Assembly (NCBI GenBank): GCA_003344405.1
Contig: NOWV01000171.1
Location: 53,558 to 117,557 of the forward strand
Reading direction: 5' to 3'
Length of the DNA: 64,000 nt
From: Trichoplax sp. H2
Lineage: Eukaryota
Positions 12,617-27,300 of the stretch are shown here, piece after piece. Each line of letters begins with the position of its first letter. Positions within the stretch are counted from its first letter, which is position 1. The notes below the pieces were generated by a model that saw only the letters and a list, made by a program, of their open reading frames with translations, was not told where the DNA came from and did not search any database. Position numbers and translations under genes: made by a program.

Positions 12617-13584
12617 CCTTGTCGCTACTGTAAACTTGAGCCGTTGATAGCTCAATGAATAAATGATGATTGTGCTTTGCAACTTCCTTAGCAGCAAGTA
12701 AGCTTAAGCGATAAATCCCTTCTTCGTATACCTGCACAATATGTGTATGTGTACCAATATAGAAGTAATGGAATGCGTTACCAAAAAAGTAAGAAATCGT
12801 GAGATAACGAATGAGTATCAATTACTAAAATGCAAGTTATCAGCTTACAGAATTGTCTTGACCGTATCTGGTAGTAGCGGCACAATTTATAATGAATTCA
12901 AATTCGCCTTCTTCACAAGTAAATACTTTTTCTAGAGATGCTAATGACAGCAATATGTTTGTTATTCTCATGATTTTATAGGAATTAGGGTTTTATTTTT
13001 TATGAGATTAAACACAGTTGCGTACCCTCATTTAAAAGATTAACGGACTTGAATTTTACTCTTTCATCTGAAATGGCCGCCTAAAATTTTATTGCATACG
13101 AAAGAATGAATAAAAACGATATAAGCGGCCGCACAAATTTGGCTAAGTTAAGTTATTTAAAAATGTAGCCACATCGTCCATTCAATGCGTTGTCTTAAAG
13201 TTATTTCAAACCTTGTGAATATCGTTAAGCCACGCCATTTCAGGTGGAACTTTGTCAGCTAAGCAGATCTATAAAGTATCAATTTTAGAAATAAATAGTG
13301 TTACTAACTGAAGGTACCTAATGGCTACATCTTTTATTAGCATGATCTGTAATACTATCTCAAAAAACTAGTCAGCTACACCCTAATTAAGACCTCAAGA
13401 AATATATTTGCTATGATGGCGGTTATATAATACGTATGAAAGAGTACGCATATAAATAAGGATCGCATACTAAAATATTAACCCATTTCAGTATATTTGT
13501 AGATTCCAGTATCAATACTAACCTTGGAAACCAAATCATTTTTAATCAAATAGGTAGCTAAATTTCGACCCACAAATCCAGTAC
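12617..13584 (-). CDS. NAD(P)-binding Rossmann-fold protein, extended SDR or fatty-acyl-CoA-reductase-like (partial model). Exons recognised: 13523-13584 (GTGFVGRNLATYLIKNDLVSK), about 13208-13264 (ICLADKVPPEMAWLNDIHK, tentative), about 12850-12935 (EKVFTCEEGEFEFIINCAATTRYGQDNS), 12617-12730 (VYEEGIYRLSLLAAKEVAKHNHHLFIELSTAQVYSSDK). The 5' start exon and the 3' exons (probably 11.1-12.6 kb) are unresolved.
   Basis: The glycine-rich dinucleotide-binding motif G-T-G-F-V-G is followed, in the expected order, by an 'NCAATTR' segment and an 'ELSTAQVY' segment. Together these resemble the NAD_binding_4 / FAR pattern (HCAATVRF...VSTAYA) and epimerase/dehydratase SDRs. Canonical splice sites flank each exon. 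I cannot make the exon phase between the tentative middle exon and the NCAA exon consistent, so one boundary is wrong or a small exon is missing. Confidence 0.5.
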
Positions 13585-16500
13585 CTAACCAAAACAGTAC
13601 CAGAATAAAAGATTTAGAAATTTTAATCTATTCGTCTGTAAAGGTTTGTTTCATAAGGTCAAGTAAATCTTTTCCACTATACAATGGTATTCAGTACTTT
13701 AGTTCTACTGTATAAGAAGGACAGACAACTCCATGATGATTAATTAATTGATTATCACATGCACATCAAGCTTTCAATGGCGTAATATGATATACTTTAT
13801 TAGATATTCATGAGATCGCATATTTATCCGGATCATTGTATCACCGTAGCACAGTGGAGATGCGCATGGTAGATCATGACAGTACTGCAGTATCTATATT
13901 TATTGTCTGATTTATGGATTACAATCATGAAATCTTGTCAAGTAGCCCAAACGTGGCATCAAAACGAAACGCATAACAGATCGATATACTTGCATGATCA
14001 CTTTTTGAATGAGAATATAACACGAAAGTGAAAAGCAAGAAGATAAACTCTTGGACCTCAACGGTTTTTAGCTCCTATTATGTCATGGGTTACTGATCCA
14101 ACATTTCAAAACACACTGATGCAATTTTAATTATTGTTAAGCATTCCCATGATTACCAGACCTAGTCATTTCCATATGACTTATCCAAAAATGTTGTTGC
14201 AACGAATCTACGTATATTTTCAATACACTTGTCTAAACAGTTCTGTCATGAAGGTATAGAGACGTTTCAGCGGCATTTTTGGATATGTCGCTAGGAAATG
14301 ACTGAAGTCTAACGGTTAGGATATTGGTACGCGAATTAGCTTATTGGGGTAAACGCCGAAAATAAATAAAGCTTACTTTCATAAGCTATACAGTATACTA
14401 CACGAGTATACACGTATATAATGCTCATGGCAGAGATCCGGATTAATTTCATAACCATCGCTAGTCAACAATTACAAAATATTGATACACATACAGTAGT
14501 TAGACTAGTAAGTAGTAACTACCCTATGAGAAAAATACATTGTTTACAATCAAAGCTACGCTAGTCGCTAAGTTCGTTTTAAACTCCACAGTTGTATCAT
14601 AATCATTCCATTTTACTTTTCACTTGTAATCATAGCGCTACTGTATACTGTAACTATGCTAAGACCAATTCTCATCGGGGTAAAGATTAATTAACTATTT
14701 AGTGGATAATTTTCTACAATAACAGGCCTTCATCCATGAGAAGATCCATGATGATTGATAATTTTAGGCGTTTTATTCATCCTTTTTAGTTTGTACTATT
14801 CCGTATAGCGAATGAAAGGGATGGAATTGTACTGTACTGTAAAACCAACGAGGCAAAGGTAAAAAGAAAGAAAAGAGGAAAAAGCCTAGGCGGACTCTGT
14901 ACAGTATAAGTATAGGAGAGTATGTTTCTTTTTACTATTTTCTTTTTTTGTTTTCAGTGACGCAAACAAGAATAGCCAATACAAAAGATTTTAACGAGTT
15001 TTCCCTTACTTACTACAGTTCAAATTATTCTCTATTCATTCTACAGTTCTAGTCAGTTATGTCTAGAGGGCGATTACTTCAATTCATACAATGCGAGACA
15101 GTATTAATTGAATTATGGCACAAAAGAGAAAGTAAAAATGGAAAAGTTTCAAGTATCTTTCGCTACATCTCGCTCTAATTAAAGATATGTAAAAATTGAT
15201 ATATCGCACTATAGTTCGTTAACGTTTGTTAAGACGACGACAATTGGATCAAAAAAACTACTGTAAATGCTCAAATTGAGAAAAAGTGTAAAATTCATCA
15301 ATGCTTTCAAGCCTTGCATTTCGTAAGCAACAAAACGATTATCGAGCCTTGAGCGATACCCTAGCCATTGCACTGTAACATAGCGCTTTGTCCTTGATGT
15401 TTGTATAAAGTTACCAAATGATAAGTAAGATCGCTTTATTCGGTTAAACAAGACGGACTGGATAACGTTTATACATACTGTGATCCACTTCATTTATTAG
15501 CTTCAAATTTTCAACAATAATTGTATTAATATCCAATTTCTGTAATGGCAACCATTCAATAGGTTTGAATATTAATTGTAATTCTTACGGTATTGGACAA
15601 CAGATAGGTGAAATAGTATAAAATCCACTGGTTAAATGATAAAATATCAAGATTGAAACACTAATCTAGAACTCCAACGATTTGACAGCGACATGAACAA
15701 ATGTACGTACAGTACTGTCCCCAAATTTTATTACAGTCGTTGTCGCCTGCTATCAATTAATGCGAGCAGCAGCAGCATCAGTATCAGTCTCTATTGCGTC
15801 AGCAATGAATAGAAAGCTCTTAGTCTAACCTAATTGCAAAAGCACGAATTATGGAGAACGCAATATACGTCCATGACAGTAACATACTACTTGAATTTGG
15901 GATTAAAAAAGAAAGCACCTTTTGTTTTACATGCATGCATTGTATTTCAGTGATATATCATAGCTCTCTTCACTTCATCATTAGGACATTGCAGCAAGAA
16001 TGTTTTTGCTATCGTACTATAAGCAATCCATGTGAAAAATTAAAAGCGAATACCCTCCATTCTATTATTAGGCTGTTGAGAAGCAGGAAATCGCTGACTC
16101 GCTCTATGCTATTTGGTAATTTCCATCAAGATATAAAAGCATAGCGAAAAATCAAACCGTAATACCGTTAATGCCAGTACTAGCATTTGTCTTAAACTAA
16201 CAGTAAATACAATAACCTCCATGATTCAAAATAAGATCCTACGTGTCTTGATACATGTAAAGAATCGGATGCGGTCGCATCATAATTAGAGTATAATACC
16301 GTCAATAATAACCAAATTGTACATATCGGTAACGGCATTGAAAATCTTCTTTAAAAAAAGAGTACTGTAACAAGCCAATTTTACTTTTACAGCTACAATT
16401 GTATCGCTATTTCTGTGATACTAACCGCCAAGAATCAAAATCTTTGGTTTGTTGCAGTCTTGCATGGTAGACCAAGCTACTTTCAGAGTTGAATGTTAAT

Positions 16501-16659
16501 TTCGACACTGTTGTGTTAGGGCATAAACTGAACCGAGTTGGCGATATTTCGATTTGATTATTTTGAGCTTGATTTCTATTCAAACATGCTGTACAGTATG
16601 TAGAGTACAAGTATCGAATTTTTCATATCAGATTCAGGGCCAAGCAAGAAGCATTGGAC

Positions 16660-17350
16660 AAAACCACACGGGTTTAGTCTTTTCTCTAACATCAAGTCTA
16701 CTGGACAGTGCAGTACAGTACACAGTACAGTACAGTAAGTATTCTCGTTTTGGTATTCATCAGACAACCCACATGGGTTGTCTCTTTTCTCTAAAATCAA
16801 GTATACAGTGCAGTACAGTAAGTATTCTCGTTTTGGTATTCATTTGACAACCCATGTGACTCTAAATCAAGTATACAGTGCAATACAGTAAGTATTCTCG
16901 TTTTGGACAACCACATGAGTTTAGTCTCTTCTCTAAAATCAAGTATACAGTAAGACAGTAAGTACAGTATTCTCGTTTTGGTATTCAGTGGACAAAACAC
17001 CCGGGTTTACCCTTTTCTCTAAAATGAAGTACAGTATTACTGCAGTGCACAGTAAGTATTCAGGGTGTAGAAATTCGATCTAGATTAAAAAAAAACAGAT
17101 AAAATGATCAAAACTTTAAGCAGATATACAGTTTTATGGGTTTTATTCGAAAATAAATCATAAAAATATTCACTGACTTATCTAGAAAGAAATTCTACAC
17201 CTTGTAAGTATTCTGGTTTTGGGCAAAATACATACAGTATAGTACATGTACTGTACAGTGTACAGTACGTAGGTTTAGTCTTTTCTCTAAAATCAAGTAC
17301 TGTACACTGTACAGTACAGTATTCTGGTTTGGGTATTCAGTGAAGTACTG
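16660..17350. repeat. Satellite of about 85-bp units (6 copies). Each unit combines a near-palindromic box (AGACAACCCA-CA-TGGGTTGTCT), 'ctcttttctctaaaatcaagta', a (TGTAC)n microsatellite core and 'agtattctcgttttggtattca'. Copy 5 is interrupted by a MITE at 17061-17204.
   Basis: Direct alignment of successive units at about 16660, 16766, 16849, 16909, 16994 and 17213, with the last copy resuming after the insertion. Confidence 0.7.
17061..17204. mobile_element. 144-bp non-autonomous hAT-like MITE. Terminal inverted repeats are CAGGGTGTAGAAATTCGATCTAGAT ... ATCTAGAAAGAAATTCTACACCTTG. It is flanked by the 8-bp direct target-site duplication TAAGTATT (17053-17060 and 17205-17212) and is inserted into a satellite unit.
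   Basis: The TIR is about 22 bp with 3 mismatches and begins CAGGG, as in Ac-type hAT elements. An 8-bp TSD is the hAT hallmark. The interior is AT-rich with no ORF. The flanks reconstitute the uninterrupted satellite unit 'cagtaagtattctcgttttgg'. Confidence 0.6.
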
Positions 17351-17508
17351 TACAGTACAGTACAGTACGGAGAACTCTAGACATGTACTGTACAGTCCTG
17401 TACTGGACGGTTTACTGTACTACAAAGTGTACAGTACAGTACAGTACAGTAGGATCCTTTTCCAAACCGATAAATCGGCACCTACAGTACAGTACTGTAC
17501 ACTGTACA

Positions 17509-17797
17509 GTACTGTATTTTAGTTAAGCCGGCATTTTGTTCCCAAATCCGCTCCATTTTTATATTTAACTTCATATTAAAGAATTGGACACCAAAAAGAT
17601 CACGCTGTACTATATGTACAGCAAGTGCACATCTTGTCATCGGCTTGCGATAAATCAGTACTGTATTTTACTTAAGCCGGCATTTTGTTCCCAAATCCGC
17701 TCCATTTTTATATTTAACTTCATATTAAAGAATTGGACACCAAAAAGATCACGCTGTACTACATGTACAGCAAGTGCACATCTTGTCATCGGCTTGC
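17509..17797. repeat. Direct tandem duplication, two copies of about 150 bp that are roughly 97% identical (17509-17658 and 17659-17797), bounded on both sides by (TGTAC)n tracts.
   Basis: The string 'gtactgtatttta[gc]ttaagccggcattttgttcccaaatccgctccatttttatatttaacttcatattaaagaattggacaccaaaaagatcacgctgtacta[tc]atgtacagcaagtgcacatcttgtcatcggcttgc' occurs twice. Confidence 0.8.
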
Positions 17798-18188
17798 CTA
17801 CAGTACAGTACAGTACATGGCTTGTGATGCACTCAAGTTGGATGTGTTACTTTATATAACATAACAAACTAGTACTTTGCTGTGGGTCAATCAAATAGGC
17901 ACAGAAACTCACAATAAAGTATATAATATTACCTGTCAGATTAAAATAAAATTAATAGTACAGTATAATAAGATTAAATTGATGAGATGGGTCACGAGCG
18001 AAATATTTCAATCGATTGAAGAACTAGAATATCTTGCACTTCATTAGGTTAAGCACCTCAATATCGCGACGTATATTTAAGGGTAAATTCTAGCATTTAA
18101 TGAAATACAGTATGAAGATTATATACGTACACTACGGGAATGTAATCATGCTTCTTGTACTGTAATGATTAGTTCAATCACACTACCT

Positions 18189-18333
18189 ACGGCAATTAGT
18201 GTGGACAAACGAATAGTGTAGGTTCCTAATTAGTGTTAACCACGTTAAATATGGTATTACCCAAAATGTGCTAACGACCCACACTAAATATGATATTACC
18301 AAAAATGTGCTAACTACCCACACTAATTGCCGT
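18189..18333. repeat. Foldback element. A perfect 16-bp inverted repeat (ACGGCAATTAGTGTGG at 18189-18204 and CCACACTAATTGCCGT at 18318-18333) encloses two tandem 40-bp units ('cccacactaaatatgatattaccaaaaatgtgctaac').
   Basis: Read directly. The right arm coincides with the start of a third unit copy. Confidence 0.6.
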
Positions 18334-18784
18334 GCCCAGAGTCAGTGTTGGCTGATTTTGATACAACTATGCTACGAAAGTACCGATATTATCAAGTCGT
18401 TTTGCAAAATGGTTTCAACATTTGCAAATAATGAAACAAAATAAAGATTTTTCTAGCCTAATAGTAAATTGTCATTATTTAAGTTGTAATACATCAGTTT
18501 CAAGTAAAGCCTGCAGGACATACACCATTCGAAGAGCTTTATTTCGCATTCTGTGAGGGCTTAGTACGCAATTACTATTATCAGCTGATACATGCACTTA
18601 GCGCCAACTCACCACCAAGGTACAGAATTAACGTCGCTGCCACTTATAGCATCTGCTACTTATTGTATTACACGAGTGTCCAGAGATATTCGAAGAATTT
18701 CAAATAAAGCAATTGAACTTCCAACTATTTACAACGGAATGTATCTTGCATTCTATTGCAACTGCAATTGCAGCGATTAGAATT

Positions 18785-22726
<3,942 letters not shown>

Positions 22727-23959
22727 TTGAAAAATACTCTATACAATTGTACATGGTAACCATTTGTATTATGTAGCAGACTTATTTATTGCGTTTTTAC
22801 GGTTATCAGGCTTGCTGCTGTATATTAAAGTGGTATGTTACAGTTTTAGTAAGGTGACAAAAATAGACATCAACAGGTTGTAGTAGTATTTATGCAATAG
22901 AACGACTAACAAATTTAATTGGATGAATAAATGAGGTATCTGTTATTAGTTTCCATGCATGTGGCTTTGTAACAGTATATCATTCTTTATGAAACGATGG
23001 CAACTGTAAAGTATGAAGCAGCAGAATCCGTAGGTCACATTCACTTACAATGCAATTCTAACTTTTATTCAGAATTAGGAGTAGTGTCGCATAGCCAAAA
23101 AAAAGTAGTACTAGGAAGTAGATGTAATTGTTTACGTGTATTAGAGGTCTGGTATTTGGGTTAAGCGACGACAAAGAGTTACTGGCATACGTACAATGTG
23201 TGTTGTTAACAACGATATGACATATACAGTATAGTAGTGTATGCTTGAATTCAGCATCATCAAATAAAATTTAATTTAATATACTAGGAGTCAATATCGG
23301 TGGTATACCGTACACTATAGACTATCATCATTTGCATCATATCGATGTAAATTTACAATGAACAACGCTGCAGTAAATATTCATGTGAGAATATTAGCTT
23401 GATCGAGGTAGCCCTCCCTTCAGGCTATACGCGTACTGTTCAGAAGCTGAGCTCTCTTTACTAAATGTTGCAGCTAAAATATCTTACACTGGATTGTGCC
23501 GAGTGCTAATTACATCCTGCTTGCTGTCTAGCTAAAAGCTGGGGAAAAATGATATCTATCTGCTTTAATACCACATTCTTATTGATTGACAGGTTAACTT
23601 GTAAATCCCTCTAGGCTGTCATTCACTTAGTATACTGCACTGAGTAGTTTTATAAAATGGTTGGTTTGATAACTTAGCGATCTGCACTATACTGTACAGT
23701 TATTGCAGCATAGCAATTGCCAGTAAACAATGTGATCTCTTTGTTACACCAAGATTCTACGGCATACAGCTTTTTTATCGATACATCTGTAACAGCTCTG
23801 TTGTGTATTAAATAACGAACCTTCTGTCAGTGATGGACTTTCCACTTCATCCATGCTGGATTGTGATTTTGTGGGGGGGCTAGCATTTAGCATCTAGCAT
23901 TTAGCAATAGCATTTAGCTTGCTAGAGGAGGAGGAGCACACGAGGATTTACAATTTAGA

Positions 23960-24130
23960 GTACAAGTACTTTACAGTACAATGTACTGTGAAGGTATACA
24001 GTACCAACCCGTACTGTACTGTACCGTACTTTGTACTGTAAACGTTATTACAGGCCCACTATCAATCTATTGTACTGTACAGTCTACTGTACTGTACTGT
24101 ACAGTACAGTACTGTAATAGTACTGTAGTA
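23960..24130. repeat. (TGTAC)n palindromic pentanucleotide microsatellite tracts in the divergent PRMT3/TEP1 intergenic region. A (TAGCATT)n-like repeat lies at 23884-23925.
   Basis: Runs of 'gtactgtactgtaccgtactttgtactgta' and 'tgtactgtacagtctactgtactgtactgtacagtacagtactgta' are seen directly. Confidence 0.8.
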
Positions 24131-24335
24131 ATAATAACACTGGTGTGTGTCATTGAAATGACGTAATTTACTGAGAGTAAAGTGAAGTGAATTCATTACA
24201 CTGACGCTTGCCGTCTGAGTGGTACTGTACGACTCGTATCAAGCGGTCGGTATCCACGCAACCTATCTGCTGTATCGGCGATCAAAATAAGATGGACGTT
24301 CTTTTTCGCCTATGAAAATCTCAATATAACCAACC

Positions 24336-27300
24336 ATGTCTGAAAGTAAAGCGAATACTAGTGGAAGTTCATTGACTGCTAATAGGAATCTGTTGAGTAC
24401 AACTGGTGTTGGACTTGATAGCGGCAGTTCCACAGCATTATCGAGTAATCTATTGTCCACAAAGTCTACTCTATTGACCACCGTTGAAGGTACTGATTGA
24501 GATACGAGTTGATGGAACATGCAATACTTTCCATTTATCACATAGTATGTAGTTAGAAAGATACTAGACGATCTTATGAAATAGTTGCTTTCTATCCATG
24601 ATAAATAATAATTAAACAATGTATCCGTAATTCTTTATAACGAATATTTTAGAGATTACAACGTCTAATAGCATCGTCTAGTAACGCCTTTGCGCTAGAG
24701 CTTATAAATAAAACAAGGATACCTTTGAAGTCTTGGATCCAACATCATAATAGGATAATGCAATAGACTGATTGCTTGATTTTATTATATTTCCATACAG
24801 CCAGACAAAGTCGCCAAAATGCAGCTATGGCGAAATCACATCCAACACCGATGAGCAATCTGTATTCATTGGCTAATCCTAATCTTAAATTTACCAGTTT
24901 AGGTGGTACTCCACAAAGTATGCATGTATCCACGATCAGTTCAACCATGAAGGTAAATACTGAATTGAATAAATTAACTCATCCTACACCTGCAGTTGCC
25001 AACTTATCACAGCAAAATAACTGGACCATGGGACAGTCAACTGTAGCGAAGAAAACTAATTTATTAAGCTCAAATATGAACAAGCGTCACTGTAGCGGTC
25101 ACGCTTTAACCAACTATCAATTGCAACAAAGTACCAGTATTAAACCGAAAACGCTTAGGACTCTCTCCAGTATAGATAATACTAAGAGCCAAATTGGTGA
25201 TGTTACCATTGGGAAACAAGTTACCAATGATGATCAAATATTAAATGATCGATTAAGGTTATTATCTTCTCATACAGTTCATACCTACTTATTATTAAGG
25301 ATAGTGATAGATAATAAATGGTATAAATACCTTAAATTGCGCCGTCAACATTATATTATGATATCAAATTAATTTCTATAATATAAAAACAGCGATATTA
25401 AATATATATATATATATATATATATTTATATTCTCTATCTTAAGCTAATTAGTAATGTCAGTACTACAGTAATATGATCGATTAAATGGTATTGTTGTAT
25501 TAGTTCAATGATGTACGTATACTTTAACCTATATTTAGGAAATCCAAAATTAATCAGTAAAATTACGGTCAATGTGCATTGCTGCATATCGAAAATTTGG
25601 CCCAAAGTGATTATTTTATTTTTTACATTTTCATGCCTCCTTCGATAGCAACGTTGTCGACGAAGAAGAAATGATTCCAACTCCGGAATACGATCTTAAG
25701 GATTGGAAAAGCACCTCTGAAGATGATTTTGACGCAGAGGATCATATGGAAAAGCTCTATGCACCACCCAAGACTAGTTCAGATATTAGTAACTTGAAGG
25801 TTATATTCCCTTTTTATCGCTTAACCTTTGCTTACCGTTATAGAAATAAATCGCATGTCAGTCTACTACAGCACAGCGTATGTCAATAATAAATAAATAT
25901 ACCAACACTATACTATACTGTATATAGCCATTAATATCAATTTTTTTAAATTTTCTAGAAATGCTTAATCAACGCTGCTTCCTCGTCATTGATTGGCTCT
26001 CCTGATTTTAAAAGTAGAAAAGATTTCACCAGGCGGCAGCTGAAATTTTTAGCTAACAAAATCCAGATTTATGACCCAGAATTCATTCTTAAAGTACGTC
26101 TTACATATATTGTATCCCTACTCAAACTGCTCTCTACCTATCAACTCAACTATTAATACACGCCATCGAATATGTCCTATAATGACTGTTATACAACAGA
26201 TCTAAAATGCGTAATATATTATTACATAATTTTGCTTAAATGCTATATTGCAAAAATAATCTAAGGTCCTTTTTAAATTTCTTTGAAGGTTTCGTTGTAT
26301 ACACGCCAAGAGTTAGGAATACGTACTGCTGCTAATTTCTTATTGGCACTGGCAGCTAATATTCAAGCTTGTAGACCTTATCTGAAGAAATACTTTTCTA
26401 CAATAATTAGACTACCATCGGACTGGATTGAAGTTGCCGAATTATACCAGGTACAATAATCTCGTATAATTATGCGAAATATTATTTTCAGACTATTATA
26501 CTGTACGTGCAATATTATGTTTTCTGATTGTTATCCGTAATAAATTTCTATTCTATTTTTAATACTGGCCCTCTTAAAATTAGTCACTACATGATAAAAC
26601 TATAAGGATAGGATCTTTACCTAAGGCTCTACGGAAGGTCATGGTAGATAAATTCGGTGGCTTTGACGAATATCAGTTGGGTAATGCTATAGATAAGGAT
26701 GTAGTAATATACAAAAATTCTCAGATAATATAATTGTAATATAACAGTACGCTTGTGTATATATTTGATAGCTAAATATAATAGACAAAAGAGAAAAAAA
26801 TCAAGCCAGAATAAGAAAACGGATAAAACTTCACAGTTGGATCAAGCGGAATCAAATAATTACGCCTCAGAATTCAACGATATTATTTTCAGTGATGACT
26901 CCGAAGACGAAGAAGAAACAGTTCAAATGATGTTTACCTTAAAACAGTTAATTCGAAAATTGCATATAATCCAGCCAGCTGAACATGTTATGGCATTAAT
27001 TGGAAAAAAGTAATATATACAGTAGATTGCGAGCACATGTAACACTGTAGTAAAAGTAAATAATAGAATCAGTTTTACTGTTGTAAATTTTTTCTGTAAC
27101 TACATAATAATCTGTGATACCTGTCCACTAGATATCCTGTAGACTTAGAAAGTTTTCATAAGAGTGGCTTGTCTGGTATTTGGAATTCGGTAAGACACTT
27201 TCTTATTCTTGTTAATTATGTAACATATAATATGCATAAATTACTTATTCATGAATGTTACGTATACACGTAACAGGAACGAGCTAACAAGCGAATGAAA

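Noticed and set aside
14290-14345. tRNA-like D-arm ('gaagtctaacggttaggatattggtacgcg', resembling tRNA-Glu TCTAGCGGTTAGGAT)
   Set aside because: No complementary acceptor stem, no anticodon-stem pairing (ttggt versus ttagc) and no GGTTCGA T-loop downstream. It is probably a chance match or a tRNA-derived fragment.
16660-17800. Regular tandem repeats considered as a CRISPR-like array
   Set aside because: The surrounding genes have spliceosomal introns, so this is eukaryotic DNA. The repeats are satellite units of variable length without uniform unique spacers.
24263-24619. 118-aa ORF on the minus strand
   Set aside because: It is antisense to TEP1 exon 1, whose Ser/Thr-rich codons create an open antisense frame by composition. 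No independent support.
24953-25372. Read-through continuation of the 198-aa ORF (24776-25372) as one long TEP1 exon
   Set aside because: A GTAAAT donor occurs at 24953 and the ORF ends in a stop before the next conserved exon. The low-complexity S/T/N/Q text could be coding or intronic, so I only call exon 2 as starting at 24801 and leave its 3' end open.
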